Assembly: GCF_964204645.1 (NCBI RefSeq)
Contig: NC_134030.1
Coordinates: 10,871,947 to 10,935,946, forward strand
From: Tubulanus polymorphus
Lineage: Eukaryota; Animalia; Nemertea
DNA length: 64,000 nt
Direction of reading: 5' to 3'
The position numbers were made by a program, and so were the translations under genes. The stretch's first letter is position 1; every line of letters starts with the position of its first letter. The notes below the pieces were generated by a model that was not told the origin of the DNA, made no database searches, and saw only the letters and a list, made by a program, of their open reading frames with translations. Positions 39,861 through 57,703 of the stretch are shown in pieces.

Positions 39861-42143
39861 CATGACGTGGAATCAGTAATTTATCCATTGTGGAATCAGT
39901 GGTTTATCCCGGGTATTTGCTTCTGTATTTCTTATAACCTGGTGAATACCCACGACGAGCGAGATCGCGAGCGATTTCTTCTTCAGTCGAATCATCAACT
40001 GCAGCTTTAGCGTTCACCATCGACCACAAACAGATCACTAACAACATGATCGGAAGTAAACTTCTCAACATTTTCATCAGCATTGACGCTAAAAATTAAA
40101 CAGTAGTCAACGTATTTTCATTGTGTTTCTAATCATGATTATCTAATTGTATTGACAGAAATAAAGAGAAAAATATTTCGTAAGAAAAGATCAATCGCTG
40201 TTTGAATGCGTGACAAGTTCATATTCGAAGTTTAAAAATGAAATCACGAATTTGACTTACCGATCATTTTAACGGATTGGTTTTGCAACAAATCGCAGAT
40301 TTTTACGAGCAATTTATGAAACTAAAATAAGAACAGAATACATCGTGCATACCTTGGAAATAACATTGTAAATACACTGGAAATCACATTTCAAATGCAT
40401 CGAAAATACATTGTAAATACACTGAGAAATACATTTCAAACACAAAGGAAATAAATTGTAATGTTTCTTCTATGAACAATCTCTGTAATTTTGAATGTTA
40501 AAAATCTTATTATATAAAAATTTGAATTGTGATATTTCCTCAGATTTTTAGCGAACATCTCAAATGGTTCAAGAAAGTTCAATATCTCTACACAATTTTA
40601 GAATCAAGGTTTGACGATCGTGAAATGTATAAATTTTCCATAATTTTAATCCGAATGATAACAAAATATCAGAGATTCGTCCGTACTTCTCCCGTATACT
40701 GTCAGCATCAACTGGAGACACCGATCGAAGCTTTGATTCCTCGAAAAAAAAACTTACCTTCGAATACGAACGATTCCGAAGAACTGATGAAACATCGATG
40801 AAAATGGACGGTTTATATTGACCGCATCGGTGCAACCTGTGTCACTCTCAGACTGTCAATCAGTGGCCCGAATTATGAAAGCGTGAATTCACAATTTATT
40901 GTCACTTAATTGTCGAAACATCGAATGCGTGCGAAAAAGTAACTCAACCGGAGACTGAAATAATCGACGGCTCTCGCACTGACGGGGTTCCTGCGGAGCG
41001 AGACGCGGGGAACAATTAATAGCTAAAGAGCCCTCTATTATTTCTATATTTGGTCGAGTGAATTTTTTGCACGCATTCGAAATTTCCGGCAGAGTTTGAG
41101 TTTCGACAATGAACCGGGTTTCGATTTAAACCGATCATTTTTCATCGATATCTCATCAGTTCATCGGAATCGTTTGAATTCGAAGGTAAGTTTACTATAA
41201 CGATGAATTGTCAAGCCGTGATTTGGTATATCTGATATTTTGCTGTTGTTCGCAAAAAAAAGAAAACCGTTAAAATTCGATTCTAAAATGTCACGAACTA
41301 AAATCGAATTTCATTTATATTTTGTTTTAATATTCACCAGAGACGGTTCATTCTACTTTTTACGGAAGGAAATGAAAATGTATTATTTTCCAGTATATTA
41401 GCGATCGGTTTTGCTAGTGTATTAAGATTGTATTTATAATGTATGTGCATCGTATAGCCAATGCATAAATTATTCGATGTATCTTCAATGTATTCACGTG
41501 ATTTTCATCATATTTGTTGTGTATTTACAATGTAATTGTAGTGTTTTTAGAATGAATTTACTTTCTGTTTCAATGCATTTTCAGTGTGTTTACGATGTTT
41601 TCATAATTGTATCGTTAATACAGTCTAATCACAATGTAATTTCCAATGCATTAATGGTGTATATAATTCTCATTTTAGCTTCATAAATTGCTCGTAAACA
41701 TCTGTGATTTGTTCCCAAAGCAATCGTCAAAATGATCGGTAAGTCAAATTCGTAATTTCATTGTCATTCGAACAGGAACTTGTAAGAAACGTTTTTAAAG
41801 TTAGATTGATTTTTCTAACGAAGTAATGTTTTCTACTTTCTATCAGTTAAATTGAATACTCCTAATAATAGAAATAATGATGATAGGCTACATTGACTAT
41901 CTTCTTAATCTATAGCGTCAATGCTGATGAAAATGTTGAGAAGTTTACTTCCGATCATGTTGTTAGTGATTTGTTTGTGGACGATGGTGAACGCTAAAGC
42001 TGCAGTTGATGATTCGACTGAAGAAGAAATCGCTCGCGAACTCGCTCGTCGCGGGTATTCACCAGGTTATAAGAAATACAGAAGCAAATACCCGGGATAA
42101 ACCACTGATTCCACAATGGATAAATTACTGATTCCACGTCATG
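39861..42143 (-). mobile_element. Foldback-type non-autonomous element, copy 3 (inverted); centre of the second palindrome
   Basis: Reverse complement of copies 1 and 2. TIRs at 39861-40090 and ~41915-42143. Both flanks are the GPCR 3' flank. Confidence 0.88.
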
Positions 42144-42976
42144 TAATTTGTATGAATTAATAAATCATGATTTAAGTTGATGATCCTAAGCAAAAACTAC
42201 TGTCTTTATATTGATTGTGTTCTTCGATATTCTATGGAAGTGCCGTAATTGATGATTAAATGGTAGGACACGCTCGTGGCGGACTTTGTAGTAACTAGAA
42301 TTTTTACTGGTCGGTTAGGAACTCGATTTTCCGCGCGAATAATATCCGTCGCAGATTCCGATGATGACCTGCAACCTCCACCTCCAGGTCCTCGATAGAT
42401 GAGACGACAAAGCTCCAACTCCGATATAAAACCGTCGTTTATTTCAGCTAAAGCTAACAAAATCTAGGCGTTTTCAAATATCGAATATGGGTATTCCAAG
42501 TACTTGTGACACAAAAGTGAAAACAACAATGAAAATTAATGCATTTAAAACCGCCGTTAAATCAAAAAGTTGTTGTCGTTATGTAGTTAATACATGTTTT
42601 TTATATTGTGCAGGTATTACAACATCAAAACATAGGTAATCTCTATAGGAATGGGGTACCGGCACACACATCACATGGCATAACAATGAATTTTGAACTG
42701 GATTTTTAGGCTCCTAAATGGAAACGTTGTCAAACAAGTCTATACGGTATAGTTTTAGTAGAAATTGTCTTACTAATGAGAAAAGTTGATTCCAATTGAA
42801 TCTAAATGTAGAAAATACTGAAGAAAGGTAACCGAGTAACCACTTGCGAACCTGGTGGATTCTCGCCTGCCATACGTGGAATCCTCGATTGCCTTAGTAG
42901 CGGTGCCAGCACCCCATTGTGCGATAATCCAAAAAATATCGGATCCACGACGGATTGCCTCCTCTTATATTCTAAG

Positions 42977-44378
42977 CTAAGTATTGGCTTCATTGCCTGA
43001 CGAAGGTACGCTAGTTTTGTAGGTTTTGTCCGACCTTTGATTACTCTCCGATTGATCGGAAGTATTCTGCATTGACGCGTGGATATTCCGTCTCAGCGCC
43101 GATCTACACGCGCCCATCTTCTGTTTGAAAAGGGCACGCAACTCGTTGCCGGAAATAACATAGATGAAGAAGTTGACGCTGTAGTTCATCTGGTAGAAGA
43201 ACTCGATGATTTCTCTTGTCGGCATCTCGACGTATTTGGGAATGGAGCCGTAGTATTTCTTGTAGATCTCCTCGAATATCCAGGCCGGCAGCGTGAGTAT
43301 CAAGAATGAGAACGTGAGCAGCATTAACATGAAGGTGATTTTGTTGCGTGATTTTGTCGCCAATTTCTTCGTTTCTTTGACCGAGCGTTGGCGTCGGGTT
43401 AACGAAAAGACGACCAATCCGTTGCAGACGATGATTATCATCGCCGGAATGTATTCCATCGGAAATCCCAGGTAGAGTTGAGTTACCCATCCGATTTCGT
43501 ACGGCACGGCACAAAACTGCACCTCCTCGACGAATCGGATATATATGATGTAGTACAGCGTCGAGAGAATAGCGAATATAAACATACCGACGATGACGAT
43601 GGCAGATATTTTCGGCGTCAATCGACGCGATATGAACGGAAACCAAACGACGGTAAAGCGTTCGGCCGCAATAGTAGCCATCATCCAAGCACCAGTAGTC
43701 TGAAATACATCCGGAATACCTGGAATCGTAACAACAGAAACAACATTAAATCAATCATAAACAATATACATATTTTTGGGGATAACTACAAATTAAGTAT
43801 TTTCTATCACCATTTTTACTGTATTGTTTCATGATCACGATCATAGTTCATGATCATAATTCACGATTCCGGAGACTTCGACTTCTGGAGCCTACACACA
43901 TAAGAAATCGAATGTTACAAAATACATATTCAAAGTTACCTTCACTCAAAATACAACCAACATCGTCGGTAATCTTAATGAGAAGCCCTCCGCCGGTAGC
44001 TAGTGATATCATGTTAATCCAGGAACACAGACGAACTCCAATCATAGCCGTATCGCAAACGGCTAGTGTCATTATATACCAGGCGTACGTATGTTTCCTC
44101 ATCGACCGGTCCAGCATCAGAATCAACGCGAACGTATTACCAACCAGGCCAGTCAGCATGATCAATGGCGTGCCGAGAAAGCGCATCCAGCGGATCCATT
44201 GCGGTAACGTGTTTATATCCCAAAAAACATTCGCTATCAACGCCGGCCAGTACTCGAGAATCCATTTGGTCGACGACGCTGCTTTAGTTGGTTCACCAGT
44301 CGTTGCGTTGATCGTCTGATTCAAGGTAGCGTTCAGAAATGTGGCTGGCTCCGTTGAGCTAAATGTTAAATTTGACAT
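42977..44378 (-). CDS. Class A GPCR triplicate copy C; exons 44378-43940 and 43719-42977, 393 aa, intact
   Basis: Same exon lengths (439 + 743 nt) and splice sites as copy B, with an open frame. Confidence 0.93.
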
Positions 44379-45604
44379 TGTCGATGATTACCAAAGGTTG
44401 CGCACCTTAAACAAAAAGAGAACTCCTAACTAACCGCATATCTTATGTGATATTATTACTATTACTATCATTACCATATTCAGTGCTCTGTTCACAGTAA
44501 ACATACAGCATATTAACACATGATAACTACAATGACAGGTTAAGCAGGACCACGAAAAAGCCTGGATAATAAGATTGGTTTTTAAAAATTCCTGAAACAG
44601 TTAAAACTATAAATGTGTATTATGCATGTGCGATGGTCATTTTCTCTAAAGTCTGGCTTTCAAAATACAACTTGCATTTATATTTATATCTACATACCTG
44701 TTATTGCTGCGGCAGTTATAGGCTACTATGCGGTTTCACCGGAAAGTGACCAGGCACGATTAAGCTCCCGAATTTATCGTGAAACCGAAATCAATTGTAA
44801 ATGACGTCACTTATAATTCTTCAATGGTATGTGAGAAAACCGATTATCGAATATTTTAGTTACACCCATATCCGAGAAGATTAATACGCGAGAATTCATT
44901 TGCATCCTTTTATTCTTAAACTAACATAATGCCCATCATCGATTGGTGCGAAAATTAAGGATTTGCCAGTGGAGCCAAGCGGAAGATTAAAATATCAATG
45001 CAAGGGTTGGTTTAGAATTGCAATGACGTTATACCGGCCATACAGTTTTCCCTGCATCGTATAAAAAGGGTAGCTTTGACAAGCATGTCATTCTACACTT
45101 ATGCACGGACGAATTGTGATTTTGCATTTATGTAAATTTCAAATTGGAGTGCATTGAGTTCAAGTCTCCAAAAAACATATTAAACTGGTCATTCTGAAAA
45201 CACAGAAAATGTCGTCAACATATCTAAGGTATAAGATGGGTTTGTGATTGGACCTGGATAGCAAATTATTCTCAAAATGTGCAAAACAGAAATTAGCTAG
45301 AGTTGGACCTATGGGCTATTGTCGTGTGGGGTGTTTGTTGGTCGTTTACCGCAGAGCAAGGGGTGCTCCTTTAAAAAAATAGACAAATCCATATAACAGT
45401 TGATTAATATTTATTCGTCCGTGCATCAGAGTAGAATTGACATGTTTACAGATGATATAAGACTTGGTTGCTAATTCTTTACTATTGTTTTCCAGCTGTT
45501 ATGTCATTATTTTAATCTATTCCCCTTTCAACATTTTAATCGCTCACTCTGTTGCTATTGATTTGGTCTTGTATAAATATCTTGTAATATTCTCCTGTTC
45601 TCAG

Positions 45605-45648
45605 TACGCCTGATGATGGGCAATAGTCTTTAGCTGAAACGTTGCGCA
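45605..45648 (+). ncRNA. Minimal type I hammerhead ribozyme motif in a Penelope-like terminal repeat
   Basis: CGC-CTGATGA-(stem II region)-GAAAC-GTT-GCG: conserved core boxes, palindromic AACGTT stem III and a 3-bp stem I. It lies next to PLE RT relics. Confidence 0.6.
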
Positions 45649-46159
45649 AATATATAACTCTTCTGTTCAAGTTTCTCGTTTTGGCTGAATTTATTGTGGG
45701 ATTTCTCTCGTTATCATCTTACACGGATATTGTGCATCTTCTCGTCTCATATCGAAGGTATAAGATGGGTTTGTGCTTGGACCTGGATGGCAATTTATTC
45801 TCAAATTGCGCAAGACAGAATTTAGCTAGAGTTGGACCTGGCCTATGGGCTATCTATTGTTATACCATCAACTTGTTTAAATAGGTGTATTTTTCATTAT
45901 CGTATGACAATGACATATTATTTGACAACGAGATTCATCGTGCTTACGCTTTTATGGTTGTCTAAACGCTTTTATGGTTGTCTAAATCTAAATGGACTTT
46001 TCTCTTAGATGAATCAATCACTTGAGAAAACTATTTACCGATACCCGAGTAGAAGAATGGAAGTCCTGTATATTAGGTGGGTGCGTGATAATGTATGGAT
46101 TTGGTAGCTTATAAATCCGGTCCAAAGTTCGTTGAAAATGAACTAATTTTGACAACGGC

Positions 46160-46640
46160 CCATTACGATTACGATAACGATTTTATTTACACTCCAACCA
46201 TTTCCATGGTATATGGAGGAAAACTATTACAGATGTTTATACAAATATTTACAAAACAACACTGAAGTGATAAAAATTTAGAGAATGAAAACGTAACAAA
46301 ATATATATACATTATAACTATTTACAATACATATATATGCTATTGGTGGGATCTATATACATTTAAGCCGGTTTTAATGAATTTAACCTATTGGACCGTT
46401 GGGTTTTTCAAAATACCAAGGGTATTAAAGTTATTCAAATTCAAAAAACTTTTGTGGGGTTCATCAAGAAAGGTACAGTCAAACAGAAAATGGGATTCAT
46501 CACCTTGAGTATTACAAGCGGGCATATTCTATCTGCTCTGTCTAAGTGAAGGTTTGAAAATTTGTTCACAGGTGAGATATAGCACCCGACCCTAAATTCA
46601 AATAAACTAGTTTCTAAGTCATCACCAAGTTTTAATGCTC
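46160..46640 (-). mobile_element. LINE 3' end with AATAAA and short (ATCGTA)n tail
   Basis: Translation LETSLFEFRVG..PVN..RADRICP. The 3' terminal motif is shared with 47165-47200. Confidence 0.7.
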
Positions 46641-46708
46641 GTTGTGGCATCTGGTGGGATAGCTGGTTTTGTGGGTAGCCCATTCTTGAATATATAAGGA
46701 TCAAATTT

Positions 46709-48878
46709 GCGTTCACACGACAACTAGTTAGAGCGGTCTAAATGGGTCCGTACCTGGTCCGGTCCAAATTTAGACAGGACCAAATTTCGGTGAGCGTTCA
46801 TACGGCGTTTGCCGCGCAAGATGTCGCCATCTGCTAAATATGGGCCTGGATGAAGTCTTGCTTCCAGATTCCAAGTAGAACAAGACATTCTTAATTTGAC
46901 CAATTCGAGCCTCTGTCAGGTTTAGATATTTTTGCGAATTTGATTTTATTGTATCACGCTGAAACTCTAAGTGTCGTTTTAACACGATTCAAGACACGAA
47001 AGTAAAACGGATGTTGATCGCGACATACGAATATGAATTTTTGTTTCGCTCCACCCATGGTATAGGGAGGAAAAAACAGTACTTAGAAATAATTACATAG
47101 ATGGTAATAAAAGCATTTAAAACTTAATAAACTGGTCTCACACTAGATAAGATAAGATAAGATATTTATTTCACTCCAACCAAAGGAATGGTACATGGAG
47201 GCAAGATTGTATAAAACATATGAAATATAGAATTTTACAAAACATGAACAGAATTATATACATATATACAGACAAAACAAATAGGAAAATAATTCCATAA
47301 CAAAATTTAAGAACCAATTTTTCAGTAAAACTATTTACAGACAAAGCAGGTACTGAGATTGAATTATGTACAGCAAGATGTATCACACGACATACATATA
47401 CATATACACACATAGACAATTTACTGGAGAGATTTGTATAAAATTAAACCTTACTGGATAAATTGAGCTATTTGTGGGGTAGGATTCCTTATATTAGTAT
47501 TTTTGGCTGTACTTAAATGAATAGAATTATCACGCAAATCACTTAACAAAGTGCAGTGATAGATGAAATGCATCTCATCTCCTACGGTGTTACAGGCGGG
47601 GCACAGTCTTTCACTTATGTCTATATGAGCGTTCGATCGATTATTTACCGGTAACATATAGGAACCAATTCTGAATTCGAATAAGCTATGCGCAAGACTT
47701 TCGTCAAGTTGAGTTACATATCTTTCAAGTTTAACATCGTTTTTATATAGTTTGAAATTAACATACTGCTGATCGTCATTCACGTTTTGAAGCATTTCTT
47801 GTATATGTTGGTCACGAAAAATTTGTTTCACGTACTTAGAGAGCGCTTTATGATTTACCAGGTACGCGGTAATAATGCCAGAGGTAAAAATGCCATAGGT
47901 AATAATGCCAGAAGTAAAAATGCCAGAGGAAATAATGCCAGAAGGGTAAATTGATTCAATTAATATAAGAAACAAGCGCATAAGAAACAAATAAATTATT
48001 CATAGAATTGTTTCTTTGATATTATGAACTACAGCAAACTAACTCGTCGAAAACCTTGATTTTAATTATCATAACTATTATTGTACCTAGAAATATGCTT
48101 TATCGGAACTATGCATTCAATATATAAACTCTGTGCATTCATTCACTTGTTAATATTCAGTAATGTAGAAATGTGTTATATAATCATCACTATGTTCGCT
48201 TTTTGATTTCAATTATATGAGAAGTAATTTTCTAATTTCCAATGATCTAAAGATATGTTGTATCTCAATATCATCTTGTGTAAATAAGAATATCAATAAT
48301 TTCAATGAATTTCTTGCTTATGTCAGACTTTTATTTTGTAAATTTGTGATTCTCTTTATTTTATAAATTTGTCATTCATTGTTTTTTTTTAAAATTTTTA
48401 TTATCATAGTAATATGTTACGTATATGTAAACTGTGCATTCACGAAAAATTTAGTGTAAATAAGAATATTAGGTCCAATGTTAATAAATTCTTCGCTTAA
48501 TTTTCCTCATATTTCCTACTGTCATTTAAAGTTTATCATCCTCCGTTTCACCTCGATACTTATGGAGTACCGCCCAAGTCCAGCTAGTACTTGCAGATTG
48601 TCCGAATAACTCAACCGCAGAGATCGCGACATCTACCACAGAGATTTAGAATTATGATTTAGACCGGACCTGGTACCAGTTTCTGTCCACACACATAGAT
48701 TAATTAGACCGGTCCAAAATTTGGACCGGTCCTGGTTCGCTCTTTAAGATCGTACCAAATTAGACCGGTCTAAAGTAGACCGGTCTAATTTGGAACGGTA
48801 TTTTTGCCTGTGTGACGCTTGGTCCGGTCTTAATCGGACTGGACCAAATTTAGACCGGTCTAGACTTCGTGTGAACGC
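46709..48878. mobile_element. Harbinger-like MITE ends (GCGTTCACACGA...TCGTGTGAACGC) enclosing nested insertions
   Basis: 12-bp perfect inverted termini. AGACCGGTC/GGACCAAATTT repeats occur at both 46730-46790 and 48660-48865. Confidence 0.6.
47144..47865 (-). mobile_element. 5'-truncated LINE 3' end with AATAAA + (TATCT)n tail
   Basis: Translation LERYV..SLFEFRIGSYMLPVN..ERLCPACNTVGDEMHFIYHC. The (AGATA)n tail is at 47144-47163. Confidence 0.8.
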
Positions 48879-51604
48879 GCCTTAAAATAATACTGTTGAC
48901 AAGTTTGACGATTTTCTTGCAACACTTACGTCACGATCGAAGCACTAGTATACAAATCAAAGCAGATCAACCCAAAGCTTTGATGAAACTTGTCAATCAA
49001 TACTTGAATACGTTGGGTGTGAAAAATTAATCATTGCAGACAATAGTAATGATTATCTACCAGGGATGCTTAGAGTGGCACCATGCCTGCTCGAAATTAA
49101 GCCCCTTTTAATCGGCTTTTAAGCCGTTCGACAAGCAAGTTTCCCTCATTGAAGATTGGCTGGACGGGTTTAATTTTGAGGTAGCTCGAGGATATATTTT
49201 CGACACTTGGGAGACTTTTGAATTGGCACCTTTGCACCAGTGAACACCCGATCACCAGATGCAGTACGAAGATCGTGTCAGAAATAGATTTAGAATTCGC
49301 TGATTTTTAGAAAATGTATTAGTCAACCCTACTGTGGCAATAGAAGATTCCACTCATGGCAGGCGAGGATTCGCCAGGTTCGCTGAGTAACTCCGTCTTC
49401 CACTGCTTCTACATCTCAGTTGAAGTTGAATTGACTTTCTCTTAGATAGTTCAGTTATTAATGGAAACCATACCAATCACTGAGTAGAATAATGAATTTG
49501 AAGTATATTTGGTGGGTCTTGTGACTATGTATGGATTCGGTAGCCTAAAAATTCGGTTCAAAGTTCATCGAAAATGAACTAATCTTGACAACGTTAAGAC
49601 CGAGTGCTCGTCACACTATCTGGGGGGGATAACTAGTGTTAAAGCTCCCCATTGAATCAATTGAATGAATGAATGAATGAATGAATAAATAACTGAACTC
49701 TATCGTCATGGTTTTATGTTTTTCGCATAACAGTCTGTTACTTGAAAGTTCGCTTTCATGGACTACGGGTATCGACGTTTCCCCAGGGAAAATCCTCAAC
49801 AACAGTTGGGGGTTTAGATTTAACTCATGAGTTAACTCATCGATGTGAACTCATGTTAACTCATTAATTAACTAATTTAACCCAGAGTTATCACTGTGAA
49901 ACTGTGAAACTTCACCCTGGGCCCAGAGTTAACTCTAAACCAGCTAGTTGCACAGTCCTGACTTAAGTCTCTTAGTGGTCTTATAATATTAAGACTGGTT
50001 TCATATTGCTAGATTGACGACAGAACTGAGATTATCTTAGACTGGTCTTAAATCCAAGCCTTGACTATGCACCTAACTCGATTGAAAATGAATTGAGTTA
50101 GCCCCTGTTCTTTTTATCTTAAAATAGGGATTGTCCCCATTATTTATTTATTTGGCTGGTAAATTTTGTTTGATTTTTCGATTGAGTGTCCCTTACAGAC
50201 CCACCACACCTGCCGGGAGCGAAACAGGGGGTTTGATTTAGAAATCGGAAATCGAAGTACAGATATAGATGTGTGATCGGCGGTCGAGTTAACAGAATAT
50301 TTTAAAATCGAAGTACATAATTGGAAATTCGGTTCCGGTTCATCCAAACAATCTTCCATTCAGTCTGAACCGGCAAGCGAATGATTGGGATGAATTTTTC
50401 AGGCTGCCTAATTTAATACATTGGGATTCTGGAAATAGCTATTTTACAAGGTTGAAGATCATTTTGTCCATTTTTATATTTTTTGGGTCGTTTTCTACGT
50501 GTAAATAGTCCAATAGTTTATTGTGGTTTTTTCCTCGGGTAGATGTTGATGTAAAAGTCCTCTAAGTTGATGATCCCGCGTGTTGACTAGATAGGAAGAA
50601 AGCACATTTCGAAACGCAAATTTTCCAGATGAGAGTATGGCCCTGGGGTATCCGAAGTGTAGTTGTATGACATCGACGGCGCAGCTCCGATGAGGATGGG
50701 TTCTCCGTCAAGGGGTGCGCAGTTGGTACTCCACATCTGGTGCTGAATTTGCCTAAAAGTAAAATTTTTACACTGGGAGCAGTTTTGTGTTTCTAATATA
50801 CAGTGCATAGTTAGGTCCGTGAATGTATCGCAATCAAACTGACAGTGCTATGCGCATTGATAGACCGTCAGTAAGAAAGCGGCACAAACACGAGAATATT
50901 TAATACATGTTTTTACACTTACATGTATACAGTCTTGATCGGGTTTTATTTACATTGTCACGATTATGTATTTGGTAGTTTTTAATGAGACAGATGTCAA
51001 GAGGCAACCTTCCAGTCACCATTGCGCGTAGATAGACTGAGCTTGCTATCCTAAGGCCAAAAACGGAGGCAACGTTCCAGCTATCGCGGCAATGAGACTG
51101 AGTTTACAGTCAAAACACCAGAAACAGTAAACAAACTAATGCGTATGTGATGATATAGAGGAAAAGTGGTCAGACAGTTCTATGCGTATTGATAGACCGT
51201 CATCCCTGTTCGATCTAAATCAGAACATACCTCCAGTGTCAAAGTCGGGATATGTAGGTGTAAGTAATAAAAAAAGGGCGTTGGGTTTAATTAATAGACT
51301 ACGCTAATGGTGTCGATTGTGATTCTATTTACTACGTTCAGTCCGCTTGTGTCCAGGTGTATAAGTACATTCTTAAGAGTCCAAATATAAAGGTTTTGTT
51401 GAAACATGATTTCTTGGTTTAAGCGATCAATTAGCGAGTTTTTGAAATGAATTATAGTGTTGATGCGGCCAGAGCTTTGTTCTAGATTGTAGTGAGCCCC
51501 TGTTAGCCCCGGGTTAAAGTGAGTGCCATTCTATAAAACCGGTCCTGGACCTTAGGTAATGTAACAATCATAGCTACATTGAAAAACCTACAGTAACAAC
51601 TCAC

Positions 51605-51697
51605 TAAAAATTTCAATTTGTCTCCAAAGATTACTTCGCCCCACGCTGAAACTCGGCTCTGATATACCAATGCGAGTGCGAGAACGCCAACACACAT
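51605..51697 (-). CDS. Candidate first coding exon (signal peptide) of a divergently transcribed secreted protein
   Basis: MCVGVLALALVYQSRVSA-WGEVIFGDKLKFL followed by a strong donor GTGAGT. Possible downstream exon at ~50587-50752. No homology recognised. Confidence 0.4.
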
Positions 51698-52056
51698 GAA
51701 CAAATCGGCACAGTTTCTCTAGAAATCCTTTTTGGCGCGCTAAAACCGATGAATTCTTTGTCCACATACGCACATATTTGTTACGCGAAAATTGCGCCTT
51801 TGATAAATTCGACCCCCAACAGAAAAACGTTCACGCCGCTCATCTATATCTTTTATTTATGAGACCTCGTTCATTAGTCGGAATTGTTTACGAACACTGA
51901 GTGGTTCTATTACGAGCTGCACGCAGAATTTATGTTTCACTATATATATAGTGGTATCAGTAGTGGTAGTAAAGAGAGAGAGAGCGTGAGCCTTCACATG
52001 ATCTAACCAGTAACTGGACGGGTTCGCACCATAGTCGCCGCACCACAAAACGGAAA

Positions 52057-57610
<5,554 letters not shown>

Positions 57611-57703
57611 GTACGAACACTTGAATGTATATATTTTCATGATATATATAATATACATGTATATATTTTGAAGTTTGGTGCAAACATTCACCAAAGAATA
57701 CGT

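Noticed and set aside
26038-41900. Palindrome as a pure long-read foldback artefact
   Set aside because: The arms differ by many substitutions and arm-specific indels, and the centre is an asymmetric 2.2-kb element. Merged haplotypes are still not excluded without reads.
47451-47990. 179-aa ORF as a host gene
   Set aside because: A chimera of a 15-bp tandem repeat (SGIIT/SGIFT) and a LINE C-terminal fragment.
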